Shown here one piece after another: positions 13,302-25,965 of a DNA stretch of 64,000 bases (its first letter is position 1; every line of letters begins with the position of its first letter). A program made the position numbers and the translations under genes. The notes beneath the pieces were generated by a model, which saw only the letters and a program-made list of their open reading frames with translations, was not told the DNA's origin and searched no databases. Origin of the DNA: Podarcis erhardii. Its lineage: Eukaryota. Location: the NCBI GenBank assembly GCA_964252035.1, contig OZ176207.1, one strand, 5' to 3'.

Positions 13302-13513
13302 CACGGCAGTCTTTGCTGATCACTGCATCCCCGTAATACCCATCAGCACAGCTTTCACAGTGTCGTCCCACAGTATTCCCAATGCACTTCAGACACTCTC
13401 CTGTTAGGGAATTGCAGTGGCCATCTTCCGTGGGATCTACATTGCCATTGCAGTCACAAGGAACGCAGGACTGCCCAAGGACCAAAGGATCACCATAGTA
13501 GCCATTTGCACAT
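13302..13513 (-). CDS. LAMA1: LAMA1 exon 19, LE (CANGYYGDPLVLGQSCVPCDC...ISKDCR), 212 nt
   Basis: Acceptor tgcAG, donor GTGAGT. Confidence 0.97.
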
Positions 13514-14545
13514 CTGCACAAGGGATTGGAAATTGTGTCAGGTTACAGAAAGCCACATATTAGAAACACATCACAAGCCTGAAGAGCATAGTGTGTTCAT
13601 GTAAAGATGCAAAACTAGGGTTAGTAGAGAAGTGACTGCGAAAACAGTACATAAGAGGACTGCAAAACTTGACTTCCATCTTTACTGTGCTGCTTGAAAA
13701 GATAATTTAACCCTTTGTTATGCTACATACGCACCTAATTTGATTTCAGGGGCAAAAGTAGAAATGGGGAGGGCAGGGGGCAAAATATTCTCCAAAATTA
13801 CAAAAAAAAAACAAAACCACCCACCCCTGAATACTTTAATTCCTCATTTTAAAAACATGAGATTTTATTGAAAGGTTATATATTTACAACTGCTTACAAG
13901 ACTTATAGTGAAATGTTAGAATGATGGCAAACTTCCAGACCATAGTCCAAATTAGGCTCCTTTGCCCCCATATCTGGCATATGACAGCAGGGCAGGTAAA
14001 GATAGGGCTGCAAAAGGAACAGGAAAGAGCCTTAAAATACACTCCTTACTCTTCCTTGCTCTTCAGCACTTATGGTGAGGTCAGAAGGAAACTGCTCGTG
14101 CAGTTTGATTTCAAACCATTCAGGCAAAGGGAAATACATTACCCAACATCATGGCAAACCTTTTAAGATTCAGATTCAAGTTCACTTACATGTTTTCCCT
14201 ATAACTGGGTGCACACTGCATTCAAAGTCAGCTCAGCTTTTTCGAATCACCCCAGCATACTGCTCTGCATCAATCTTTTGCAGATGCCCTCCCCCATGGT
14301 GGGCCACAGGCAGTAGTGGCCAGGGTGGTGGGGCAGAGCTGCCATTCCAAACCCTGAGATGCTGCTACTTACCTGGACAGCGTTGGGGCAGGGCAAGGCG
14401 GTAATGAGGTCGGGGCTGTGCTGATGCGCTGACAGAGTCAATCCGATACTCCTGTTAGTGCACCCATACAGCCCCAACTTTTCTGCCGCCTTGTCCTGCC
14501 CCAGTCTCAGTAAGTTGCAGCAGCATCAGTGTATAGACCAGAACT

Positions 14546-14714
14546 TAGGGTTGCCATATGTCCGGAATTTCCCAGACATATTCAGAATACTGCATTCAAC
14601 AGCAGTGTCCAGGCGATACTTGGCTAAATGTCCAGGAAAATCCAGACATATGGCAGCCTATGTCAGCAATGCTCAACAACTTTTCTGTCTGGATTTTGAA
14701 ATGTGGCAACCTTA
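14546..14714. mobile_element. hAT MITE with TAGGGTTGCCA termini, intron 18
   Basis: TAGGGTTGCCATAT ... TGTGGCAACCTTA; 8-bp TSD 6/8 (ccagaact / ccagtgct). Confidence 0.78.
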
Positions 14715-15215
14715 CCAGTGCTTTCCAAACTGTGTGTCACGTTAGTGTGTCAGCTGCAGTGTGTAGGTGTGCCATGTGAACGCTCCCTGCACTCCTCCCA
14801 GGGCTGGAAACAGATTAGTTTATCGTCCAGTTTGCTAGTAAAACTGAATTACTGCGTCGCGAAATGAAGCATGTCTGAAAAGTGTGTCACCAACATGGAA
14901 AGTTTGGGAAGCTCTGGTATACACACATGAGCAGATATGGTAACCATCAGTATTATTTCCATTATGAATGGACTAGCCCTTTTGCAACACCATCTCTTTC
15001 TCTCTTACACACACACGTCAAATCAGCAAGGAGTGGAGTTTCCACCTCTGCCAAAAGCAGCTTTGGGGAACATATTCCTGAAATGAGACTGACACGGGTA
15101 CAAGTAATGTGTATTTTGAGCAAGAATTCTGAAACAGGAGAGAAGCAAAACTGTTATTTCCAAATATATTTAATTAACAATATTTGCTGTTATTTCCAGC
15201 GTTCTAGTTGCATAC

Positions 15216-15302
15216 CTTTCACACTTGGGTCCTGCATAACCCAGAGGACATTTATCACAGATAACTTCACCTCCATTATCCAAGTGACAGGTAGGACTGA
15301 AA
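15216..15302 (-). CDS. LAMA1: LAMA1 exon 18, LE (FSPTCHLDNGGEVICDKCPLGYAGPKCER), 87 nt
   Basis: Acceptor ttttAG, donor GTATGC. Confidence 0.96.
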
Positions 15303-15970
15303 CTAAAAAACAATTATTTGGGGGATTATCATCAACCTATACAGTTTAAAAGCAATACACATTAAATGCACGCTCTGCATATTTATTACATGAATTGTGG
15401 TCACTACTGATAACACCACAGAGAACACCACAATGTGTGTTGTCAGATCAGCGTACATTACAGACCATTTCCTCAACAAGAGCTTCTCTGTGAGGCAACA
15501 TAAACTGCTTTTTTAAATTTCAGAAAGATGAAGCACTGGGGAGAAATATGCTTTTAGGGGAAAGCGAATGGGCATACACAAACCTTTCAGCTTGCTTATA
15601 TAGCAGCTTGCTGGATTGCTACCAGTATCTAGCAGCTGTGCAAGAATCAGCCTGAATTGATTTTGTTCACATAAAGAGCGTTAACACTAAAATATTTTCT
15701 AATATTAGCAATGCATGAAAATACCTTTTCAAGAAAAAACAACCCCAAGGGCGACATTTGTATTCAGTAAAGTACTGGAAAATTTCCAGCTCGTCTTAGC
15801 CGTCTAGGAGCTATTATTTCTGAAGGGTACCGTGGAATTCTTGTCATGTTTTAACACCTTCCCTTCAGATTGATTTCTCTTCCCACCCCCCATTCCTTTC
15901 TGTTTCTAACTGGCACTGCTTGTCTGATATTGCTGGAGATGTCATGCAATGTTTCCAGTTAGCAGCTTAC

Positions 15971-16098
15971 TTATTTGAAGCAGTTTTCAGTGGGCAGGCG
16001 CACGGCTCACAGTCCTCTGGAGTCCCCCTGGATGGCGTCCCATAGAACCCAGGCAAACACTGATCGCAAGAACTCCCCGTAGTGTTGTGCTTGCAAGC
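15971..16098 (-). CDS. LAMA1: LAMA1 exon 17, LE ([42 protein letters not shown]), 128 nt
   Basis: Acceptor cacAG, donor GTAAGC. Confidence 0.96.
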
Positions 16099-16795
16099 CT
16101 GTGAAACATGCAAAACACCTTTTGATACTTATTCTGAGTGGAATTCTATCCCCAGAGGCGGGGATCTCAGCATGAAATGACATGCAGCATTAGGATTCAA
16201 AGAACAAAGAAAAAAGCAGGCTATTGACAATATGCTTTTCCAAGCCAGCAGCAACAATTCCCTCATTAGCAAATATTTGGTCTCATGGATTAGTTGTGTT
16301 ACTTTCACTGTGGACTAAATCAGTTTGCTAATATTGAACACTGGAAATTAACAGGTTAATTTAGAAGATTTAAAGTTCTTTTAAAAAAAAATCACTTTGA
16401 GGAAAGGTTCCCTTTCTGGTGCAGAACTTAACGGAACCAGCACAAAAGTTGAGGAAATGTAATCACATAGTTATGCTCCAATATTTTTCCTACTTGGATC
16501 CACAGGAATGTTTCCACTGAGCTGAGAAGGAAAAGCTATGGCTTTCATGACTTTTCATATAAAAGTGTTTTATATCAGCTCTTGCCTAAGCCAGATAATT
16601 TAATTTCTTTAACATGCGCACACACACACAAAAACTCTTAAAAGTTACAGAAGCTGGTTGGGAAGATGCGCTTCAATGCTTCTTTGGGGTATATTACAAA
16701 ACTGCCTTGCACTGAAAACAATTATATGAATTGGTGTGTTTTTTAATGTGATCTTTTCAGAAATGAAAATGAAAGCACACTGCAAGGTAACTTAC

Positions 16796-16906
16796 AACAC
16801 AAACACCATGAATGTCACATTCCGTTGCATGATCATGGCAATCACATGGCTGGCAAATCCCTCCAAAAAGTATGCCACCTACTCGGTAGTAGCCAGGAAG
16901 GCAGGA
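16796..16906 (-). CDS. LAMA1: LAMA1 exon 16, LE (SCLPGYYRVGGILFGGICQPCDCHDHATECDIHGVCV), 111 nt
   Basis: Acceptor cctAG, donor GTAAGT. Confidence 0.96.
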
Positions 16907-17667
16907 CTAGGAAAGAAAGAATAACAGCACAAAACGGTTCTTACAGCACTTCAACCCGATTATTAGAATATTTGAAAACCTATTAAAAGTGAGTTATGCA
17001 TTAGCACTCCTATAAAACAACTGCACAAACGTGTCTCTGAACTCAATCTACAGATCTATGCTTGAACAGAACCTTTGTGTGGCATGGGGAGTAAGTAGTG
17101 ATGTTTGCTATATAGCATAATAGTCTGTATTTATAAAACAAAAAACACTAATTGAATATGTTGTTTTTTTTATATTTATACTCCGACACACAGGGACAGA
17201 ATCCCATCATACAGATATAAAACCAGACTTGGAAAGGACCCAAATATGGCATCCAGACCAAATAATCCCAAACCCTATTACAATATTCCCTGAAATCCTG
17301 CCATATTTTCTTAAAGTACATTTTAAAATATATTCAGGAATCTGGCATACAATGTCAATTAGCACATATGAGAAACTGTAATTTGTCAACCATTTCCCCA
17401 AATTTATAACAGAACAACTGTTAGGTGTTCAGCTTTAAAAATAATCTATGGCCTATCCAGCCTTCAGTTTCTTTAGCTACAAACTCCGTAAAAATGTGGG
17501 GAAATGTTATTTTTTAGCAAGTGGATAAAATTGCCATAAACAACTGTAAACAATGCAGATTAGAAAATGTTGCTCTGCCATTCCAGGAAGCAAAAACAAT
17601 ATGGTCTGTATGGGGAAAGTATATTTAAAAGTGCTTCCTTCTTGTATATAAAACCATGACAGATTAC

Positions 17668-17779
17668 CTCACAAGAAATCCCAGAGTAGCCTTGGGGACA
17701 TTCACAATATTCCACATCTGCAGCTGAAGACACATCTATGAGATTAGCATTTGCTGTATCCAAAGTGACAGAATCCAAC
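17668..17779 (-). CDS. LAMA1: LAMA1 exon 15, L4a end (LDSVTLDTANANLIDVSSAADVEYCECPQGYSGISCE), 112 nt
   Basis: Acceptor tacAG, donor GTAATC. Confidence 0.96.
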
Positions 17780-18229
17780 CTGTACCAAGACAGCAACACA
17801 CACACGTGAATATTGTAGTTAACAGGTATATAAATTGATTAAATAAAATAAATATATTTCTGAAAGATTTGAAAAGAAAAACATAAAAGGGATCATGAAA
17901 ACCACGTATCACTGAAAAGCTAACCTTCCTGAACAGCATTGTAAGCATCATTGTACTCAATGGGGGCAACTTCTGAGTAGAAACTAAAGGATTTCACTTG
18001 AAGGGGATATACATTTAGAAAACGTACCCAGGTATGGATTCGAACCATACCTTGTTTATAATTTATAGAGTCACTTATCAATTACATTTGGTGATGTATT
18101 AAATATCCTGGAATTAAATACTAAATGAATTCCCACCATAATCAATGTGAGCTTTGCATCATTTGCAGTACTCCAGCACTTTCTATAGATACAGGGTCCT
18201 TTGTTCTCTGATATACAGAAAGATGTGGA

Positions 18230-18420
18230 AAGGATAGCATAAGCTGCCTTATATCAGATCATGCTATTTGTCCATTCAGCCAGGTCTCTGGCAACAGCAA
18301 TCCAGGAACTTGGGATGTGGGAGAGGGAGAGGGACCCCATCACCTGCTACCTGAGTCTTTAATAATTGAAGCATCAGGGAACCCAGGACATTGTGCAAGC
18401 AAAGCATGTGCTTTACCACT
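18230..18420 (-). mobile_element. Old tRNA-derived SINE remnant, intron 14
   Basis: GAACCCAGGAC..TGCAAGCAAAGCATGTGCTTTACCACT is a reverse-oriented tRNA-like head; a similar remnant lies near 23930-24005. Confidence 0.5.
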
Positions 18421-19284
18421 CCATCTAACCCTGTACTATGTACTCTGATTCTCATGGTTCTCCAGACTCTCAGACATCCTTCCCCAACACCAGCTATATG
18501 GTATTTCTAACTGAGTATGTTAGGAACTAAAGCCAAGTTTACAAACATGTGCTAGGGTCCCTTCCCAGTCATTGATGTTTTCATAAAATCCTAATGTCCC
18601 AATTTACAAATTAGTCATTGGTGCCCAGGTCATCAGTTCACATCACCAGATGTAAAAAGATGGACTGCAATTGACTCAGACTATGCACTTGTGAGACTTC
18701 TGCATATTTGCCTACAATCTGAATCTTCACTAGTCAAAGACTTCACATTCCCAAGGTTTCCAGAACAGACAGAAATTGTTTCATTGAAAATTAGATTCCA
18801 ATGGCTCAGGATACAAATTTCTGTATCAGATTTCATACCCTGCGCATACACATAGAACTCTCAGCACATCTTTTCTGATGTGTCTATCAGTCTATCTTAA
18901 TAACATGGCATTTCAGCAAAAAAAAAATTAAGACATTACAGCTCCACAGTAGCCACAAACAAATGCACACAGTAGCCTCATCTTATAGGATGAAAATCAA
19001 GAACAAATGTGAGATTTGGTAATATAAAGTCTCCTTGTTCCACACAGTCTGGTACAGAACAATGATTAACAAAATGTCAGCTTATTAGAATTCAGAAGCA
19101 CATACTTTCCAACTTAAAGGCCCTAATAGGATGCAAGAAAGGAAGGTCCATCCTTCTCGCTCTGCAACTGGTCTTTTATAAATGAACTGCTTTGTCAACA
19201 ATGGATGTGCTAGATGAAACCAATTTATTTAAAACCCTCTATCACCATAGGCAAGGAGGGTTTAATGTGTTCCCTCTCTTAATA

Positions 19285-19314
<30 letters not shown>
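19285..19314. repeat. (ATG)10 microsatellite
   Basis: Read directly. Confidence 0.95.
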
Positions 19315-19315
<1 letters not shown>

Positions 19316-19812
19316 CAACAAAAAAGTAAATGCCTGGGCCATGGGCAAAATCCACTTGTGGAAAGGCCTTTCACCTTGCCAGAATAAAATTTCAATTGTA
19401 AGGTATAAATCTGCAAAAAACTGGCAACAGCTTTATGTGGACCTCTAGTATACTCTGTTAATGAGTTGCCTTCTTAAACTTCCTCTTCCAGAGCTATTAA
19501 AGGTGTAGGATTCCTGTCCCCCTTTTTATCTGGAAATTTCACCCATAAGTAAGAAGAATCTTGCAACCTAATTTTCCAAAAGTCTTCAGGTCAAGATCTA
19601 GGCAAGAATTAAGTGAAACACCTGAATACATACATTCCAATATACTTAGAGCTGACATAGGCAAAGTTAGGATTCTGGTGACAGAAAATTATGAACAGCA
19701 TAAATAAGGCCTTAAGACTTTGGAAACTTTTTCTGACTTGTTTTCATCAAAGAATACTCAACTGGCATAACAGAAAAATTATTTCTAAACTGATTCTTCT
19801 TGTGTCCATTAC

Positions 19813-20024
19813 CTGTATACAGCCTTTTTTGCAATGTTGTAACTGGCCCTGATCAGAAAATGTGTAACATTTGCCAAAACTGTCATCAGCATATCTCGAT
19901 CTATTAATTTCTTCGTATTAAAATCAACGAAGTTTTCAGACACAAGCCGCACAGTGCTGGAATACTCCTCATATGGTTGCAAAGACAACCCTTCAGATCT
20001 TGTACATAAAATTTGTCCATTGCC
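19813..20024 (-). CDS. LAMA1: LAMA1 exon 14, L4a (GNGQILCTRSEGLSLQPYEEY...LIRASYNIAKKAVYR), 212 nt
   Basis: Acceptor ttcAG, donor GTAATG; translated by hand. Confidence 0.96.
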
Positions 20025-20295
20025 CTGAAATGATACATATATGACTGTATAGAGCTTTCCATGACAAAAGTTAATTGGAAATTTGTTTAACCATATAACT
20101 TATGAAACATTTACAAAGAACTGTCCTCTTATTCCAGAATCAACTTTCCAACCTTTTCACAGTTCATTCCGTAAGAAAAATTCTGTTTAAGTTGATCTAT
20201 GTCCAAGGTGCACCTAGATTCTGATTTTAAACTCATTACGTGGAAATAATTCCTACCCAAATCAATGGAATTTGCTTCCATGTAAGGTGTTTAGA

Positions 20296-20681
20296 GGGAC
20301 GCGGGTGGCACTGTGGTCTAAACCACTGAGCCTCTTGGGCTTGCTGATCAGAAGGTCAGCGGTTCGAATCCCCGCGATGGGGTGAGCTCCCGTTGCTCGG
20401 TCCTAGCTCCTGCCAACCTAGCAGTTCAAAAGCATGCCAAAAAGTGCAAATAGATAAATAGGTACCGCTCCAGCAGGAAGGTAAATGGCGTTTCCGCGTG
20501 CTGCTCTGGTTTTGGTGTTCCTTTGCGCCAGAAGCAGCTTAGTCCTGCTGGTCACATGACTCAGAAAAACTGTCTGCAGACAAATGCCAGCTCCCTCGGC
20601 CTGTAAAGCGAGGTGAGCACCGCAACCCCAGAGTCATCTGCGACTGGACTTAACTGTCAGGGGTCCTTTACCTTTACCTTT
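20296..20681 (+). mobile_element. Sauria SINE, full length, intron 13, antisense to LAMA1
   Basis: tRNA-like head with B box GGTTCGAATCC, (ACCTTT)n tail, perfect 13-bp TSD TAAGGTGTTTAGA (20283-20295 and 20682-20694). Confidence 0.93.
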
Positions 20682-20791
20682 TAAGGTGTTTAGAACCAAG
20701 GTATTAACAAAACTGACTACATGTGGGGGATGCTAGTGTACTATTTACACAGCAAACCAAGCATGCTTTGAATAGGGACAAAAGGAAACAG

Positions 20792-20878
20792 TGCAATCCT
20801 ATACAGGACTACTCAGAAGTATGAGTTACTGAGTTTAATAGGACTTCCTCCTGGTTTATAAATGGGTATAGGATTGCA
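20792..20878. repeat. Short palindromic element with perfect 13-bp inverted ends TGCAATCCTATAC
   Basis: 20792-20804 is the reverse complement of 20866-20878. Confidence 0.8.
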
Positions 20879-21390
20879 ACGAAAAAAGACCAGTTTCCTC
20901 CCAACCTATATTTGTATATTCAGCACAAGAGGATCACACATACAGGAATTAAAGCAGTCTTCTATAATCTCACCCAAGTTTTGCAAGCATAGAAGCAAAT
21001 GGTGTACTTGCAATCAGTCAGAGTCAATTACTGAGTGAAGGGAAAATTTAGGATTGTATCTAATGTTAGTCCTACTCCAAGTGGACCCACTGAAATTAAC
21101 GGACATGACTAATTTTTGTTCATTAATTTCAACAGGTCTCCGCTGATACTGGATATAACCTGTTTATATAGCACTTTTATATCCTACTCCCAATAAGCTA
21201 TACTCAAAAGGTTATGAGATCTACCATATTGCCATTCCATGACACACAAGAGTTGTCACCAGAAGAGGGGGGGGAACCAGGAACCAGTACAACAACCACC
21301 CATGCATGTTCACCTGTGTTTTGTGCATTCTTTCTCTTTGAATCCCATAGTCTACAAACCACCATTTCAATTCACATAATCTTAAATTAC

Positions 21391-21492
21391 CTGAACAATA
21401 ACATCCACATTAGATACCAAATCACTATCCGTACTGTCCATGGGAATTTCATAGGACACAGTATACTTCAAATAACCACCAAAGGAAGTGAG
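21391..21492 (-). CDS. LAMA1: LAMA1 exon 13, L4a (LTSFGGYLKYTVSYEIPMDSTDSDLVSNVDVIVQ), 102 nt
   Basis: Acceptor ttccAG, donor GTAATT. Confidence 0.96.
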
Positions 21493-22426
21493 CTGGAAGA
21501 ATAAAAGTGTAAATAAGTTTTCAGCATAACAGGGAAGAGTAAAACTTACATGCAGCAGAGTAAACAACCATTTCCCCATTCTTACTTTTTAGCACCAGTG
21601 TGGATTCCTCACTATTAAGAATTTACCTGTAACATGCACCCAAATAAGAGATAACACTGCCCCACTTGCCATGGTAGAGAGTGCATGCTTACTTTGCATA
21701 GAGCTGGACGAGGAAGCTAAAAGAGCAACGATCTTCCTTACTGCTTCTTTTAATTTTGTGCCCTTTTCATTGGTATCTGAGCTGCTGAACAGAAAGCAGA
21801 GCAGCCCAAAGGGTGGGAGGGAAAGGGGGGCAATTGCAAGGTGGGGAACAGCAAAACAAAGTGATTACAGGAGCGAAAGTGGGCTACTGTAGAGTCAGTA
21901 TGGGAGAGAGAGGCAACACAGATCATAACAGATCCTCATAATTTTTTTAAAGATTCCCCTCAGAACCATCAACAAATAATAGCTCTTCTCCACACCCACA
22001 GATGTATTCTGAAGATTGTTGGTGTTTTTGTTGACATTCTTTGTAGAAACCATGAAGATCCATTTCTTGTTTCAACATTTTAGTGATTCCCCCCACTACA
22101 GTGCAGTAAATCACCTATGGAGATTTAACTTGATGGTGGTGGGGTTTAGGGGGGCACATGTTAAATCATAAAAATTCAAAAGGGTCCATTTTACTTCTAC
22201 TGGATCCAACTATTATCCAGACCCATTAAAAAAACCGTTTATGTGAGTTTGTGTAGACACTCTTCCTCTTTCTGTTCAGTGGACAGGAGTGATCCAAGGG
22301 AGGGAGGAGAGAAGAAACTAAAGGGTTTGATGTCCATGGCACTCTCCCAAAATTCCTCTCAGGTGCCCATGGGCCCAAAAAGATTGGGAAACAACAAGAA
22401 GTACCTATTTTCCCTTGGATACTTAC

Positions 22427-22600
22427 TTTATTTCCAAGATATGGCTTAGGTGCAGACCAGTAATAAGGAGACTTCAGTATTTTTGCAGCTGCTATATTAT
22501 TAATACTTATTTGATGAGGTCCATCAAACTGATCTTGTTGAGGCTGTACGGTTTTTGTGGTAAGTGGAGCAGTCACCAGCCACCCAACCATAGAAGACAC
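22427..22600 (-). CDS. LAMA1: LAMA1 exon 12, L4a (VSSMVGWLVT...YYWSAPKPYLGNK), 174 nt
   Basis: Acceptor cttAAG, donor GTAAGT. Confidence 0.96.
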
Positions 22601-22660
22601 CTTAAGGAAAATAAACTATAAAACATCATTTACCACACCTAGAAAGTTAATTTACATACA

Positions 22661-22662
<2 letters not shown>

Positions 22663-22690
<28 letters not shown>
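22663..22690. repeat. (TG)14 microsatellite
   Basis: Read directly. Confidence 0.95.
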
Positions 22691-22693
<3 letters not shown>

Positions 22694-22738
22694 ATGGCAT
22701 AACCATTTTATTCTACATAATGCTGCCTACTGCTGGAA

Positions 22739-23090
22739 GGGACACGGGTGGCGCTGTGGGTTAAACCACAGAGCCTAGGACTTGCCGATCAGAAGGTCGG
22801 CAGTTCGAATCCCCGTGACAGGGTGAGCTCCCATTGCTCAGTCCCTGCTCCTGCCAACCTAGCAGTTCAAAAGCACGTCAAAGTGCAAGTAGATAAATAG
22901 GTATCGCTCCGGCGGGAAGGTAAACAGTGTTTCCATGCGCTGCTCTGGTTCACCAGAAGTGGCTTAGGCATGTTGGCCACATGACCCGGAAGCTGTACGC
23001 CGGCTCCCTCGGCCAATAAAGCAAAATGAGTACCGCAACCCCAGAGTCGGCCACAACTGGACCTAATGGTCAGGGTCCCTTTATCTTTAC
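22739..23090 (+). mobile_element. Sauria SINE, intron 11, antisense to LAMA1
   Basis: Same head, body and tail as the 20296 copy; degenerate TSD (actgctggaa / actgttgaa). Confidence 0.9.
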
Positions 23091-23326
23091 TGTTGAAGCA
23101 CAGGGCACTATTATCGCCCAAAGGGGCACAGAAAAAAAAGTATCATCCAGAAAATTGTTTTATGTATTCTTGGCTGGAAGAGATGTATGCATGGTCCAAT
23201 TCACCACTGCAATTGGCTCCCTCAGAACACCTGTATCCATCAGGCTTCCACAGTCTGATTCACACATCCCATTAAACCACAGTGAAAATAAGCTGGTTTC
23301 TCTCTGAACAAACCATGAACCTGGTC

Positions 23327-23790
23327 TACATTGGCTCCCAGTATGTTTCCAGGGACAATTCAAAGTGTTGGTGCTGAACTTTAAAGCCCTAAACGGCCTC
23401 AGCCCAGTATACCTGAAAGAGCATCTCCACCCCCATCGCTCAGCCCAGACACTGAGGTCCAGATTCAAGGGCCTTCTGGCAGTTCCCTCACTGCAAGAAG
23501 TGATATTACAGGAAACCAGGATTTCTCAGTAGTTGTGCCTGCCCTGTGATACACCCTCCCGATGTCAAAGAGGTAAGCAACCATATGACTTTTCATAGAC
23601 ATCTGAAGGCAGCCATGTTTACGGAAGCTCTTAATCTTAGATGTTTTGTTGTGTTCCTCTATATTTTCTTGGAAGCCACCCTGAGTGGCTGGGGCAACCC
23701 AGTCAGTTAAGTGGGGTTAAAGAAATAATAACTACTACTACTACTAATTATAACTACTAATAATAACTAATCATTACTACTACCACTAGT
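23327..23790 (+). mobile_element. L2-clade LINE 3' fragment with (ACT/AAT)n tail, intron 11
   Basis: Encodes LHWLPVCFQGQFKVLVLNFKALNGLSPVYLKEHL (L2 ORF2 end), then the lizard L2 3' UTR GAGTGGCTGGGGCAACCCAG. Confidence 0.85.
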
Positions 23791-24090
23791 ATACTCTTAA
23801 CTTTATTACTTTGTATGGCCTGTTTATGTGAAATTAGATGGAGATGGGCTGTCTATCATAAAAGATAAAGACAGGAAGTCTTGCTCAGTGTTTTCTACTA
23901 TAACTGGAAGCAGAAATCCAAGGTTTCAGCCAGGAGTCTTTTCCAGACCTGCCTGGAAAATTGGACCTGGCACTGTCTGCATGTAGAACATGTGCTCTGC
24001 CACTAAACAATAGGCCTTGAAGCACATTTATGGGGCTGCCTGAGAAAAACTAATGAGGTGTTTGGACATGGAACATTAGCAAGATCATAC

Positions 24091-24231
24091 CTGACTGATG
24101 GGCCATGGAATGCTTTCACAGACATCAGAAACCCCAAAACAGAAACATTCAGTGCAGCCCTGGGGATTTCTTTCTTGGAGATTATAGAATCCTGGCATGC
24201 AACGGTCACAGTTTTCTCCTTCAACATTTTC
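24091..24231 (-). CDS. LAMA1: LAMA1 exon 11, LE to L4a (ENVEGENCDRCMPGFYNLQERNPQGCTECFCFGVSDVCESIPWPISQ), 141 nt
   Basis: Acceptor cacAG, donor GTATGA. Confidence 0.96.
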
Positions 24232-24896
24232 CTGTGAAAAACATCCAATATTTCTTCTGTTATCATCACAATAATAACCAGCATACGCTAGAGGTTAGAA
24301 GTAATCCTGGCATAATGACTGATTGACGGTCCTAGAATTAGTATTAATGCATTCCATCTTTATCTTTAACCTTCATCTGACCAGGTTCTTATTTTGACAT
24401 ATACAAGTAAAATTAAGCATGTTAATTTAGGATTGGAAATATGAAGTTCCATAAGGCTTATAAGTTTTGGGTTAACCCAAAGAACATCAGTTCTCACTGA
24501 ATGTGAGGAAAAGTAAGCATCAAGACCTCCCACTTTGATAGTTGTGTAAAAGTGATCCGCAAACATTTCCAGTGCCATCCTCAATGCTAAATAAGTTGCT
24601 GTCCTTGACTTAACTGTCTGCTGTTCATTCTAGCCACCCTTCTCCACCCTAAACTGCATTTACTAGCTCTCTCACACCATTTGACATGTAGTACCTCCCT
24701 GAAATTTTTGACAGATATACCATGAAACATAACTCAAATCCCCACCCCAGAGAGAATTTTGCCTAAGCTGCAGTTAATTGCTACACACAGGATGTGATCT
24801 TTACCACTAACAGAAATGTTTTCCTTATTAAATTAATTTACAAATCCCACTCCAAAGTTCACAACACATCAAACTGAAAATCGGTAGTACGCTTAC

Positions 24897-25057
24897 TTTA
24901 CAAAGGCAAGGTTCTGTGCATGGGTCATCATTAATGCTACCAACCAGGCTACAGTTGCAACGCATGCAGCTTGGATAACCTTTGTAGCCAAAGGCACAGC
25001 GATCACACTTCTCTCCTGCGTAACCTTCCTTGCAGTGACAGTGACCAGGCTGAACAC
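24897..25057 (-). CDS. LAMA1: LAMA1 exon 10, LE (GVQPGHCHCKEGYAGEKCDRC...PCLCK), 161 nt
   Basis: Acceptor ttcAAG, donor GTAAGC. Confidence 0.96.
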
Positions 25058-25859
25058 CTTGAAAAAGGAGAAAAGAATGAAAAAGAGGAAGACCTGTGAC
25101 ATGCAGATACATATCATTTTTTGCTCCCTAAGCATCAGAACCATGACAGAAGCCTTATGCAGTGTGCTACAGTACCAGCAAGTGCAAGAAGTCTGGGAAA
25201 AATTTAACCTCAGCAACCTTTTTCTGTGCTATAAGTGAGCCATGGGCCAGCCTTTCTGGGACACTACCTAATACTGGCCTAAGTATTAAGGGTTGTTCCA
25301 GTTATGCTTTGTGCTACTGGAAGTGCTTCCTCAAGGCAGAGCAGCTGATTTCCCCCCCTGATCTCTCCAACCCTGTGCTCCCAAAGAACTTTTCCTCAGG
25401 TTTGCAGGGCCTTCTAGTGCAAGACAGGATATGCCATAGAGCACTGCAATTGGTAGAGAGAATTGGTGAAAATTGAGTGCCTTGCCTTGCACTAGCAGAA
25501 GCAATTACACGGGCACAAATCCTGTTAGCAGTTAGTGGCATCAAGCCTGAATTCCTGGGCCCAATTTCCTCAGTCCTGGCTTTCATCCTACCTCACACTT
25601 GTATCATGTCATAACAGGTTCCCTTTTAAAAAAAAATTCCATCACCAATCATTCCCTGCATATCCTATGGGATTTGCCAAATCTCCAGCTGAAATTGCTA
25701 ATAAACCCCATTCTAAATGCATGTAACTACAATCCAAGCAAAAATCTAAACATGTTTGAACTGGTCCTTATTGCCAGTGTTTCCTCACATACAATTCCCA
25801 GTTACAAAAAATATTAGCTGGACTAGTTTTTAGAGAAAATGTATTTTCCAGTCACTTAC

Positions 25860-25965
25860 CATGTTGTGGGTCAGCATGATCATCATCTTTAACACATTCA
25901 AAACCAAGTGACCCAAATATATCACATTCACAGGGAAAGCAAGGGTTATCGTCAAAGGGAGACAC
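25860..25965 (-). CDS. LAMA1: LAMA1 exon 9, LE (VSPFDDNPCFPCECDIFGSLGFECVKDDDHADPQH), 106 nt
   Basis: Acceptor ttttAG, donor GTAAGT. Confidence 0.96.

Noticed and set aside
20296-20390. tRNA-like sequences with A/B boxes
   Set aside because: They are Sauria SINE heads, not tRNA genes.
24893-25216. 107-aa ORF overlapping exon 10 in another frame
   Set aside because: Alternative-frame by-product of the LE exon plus intron; no motif.
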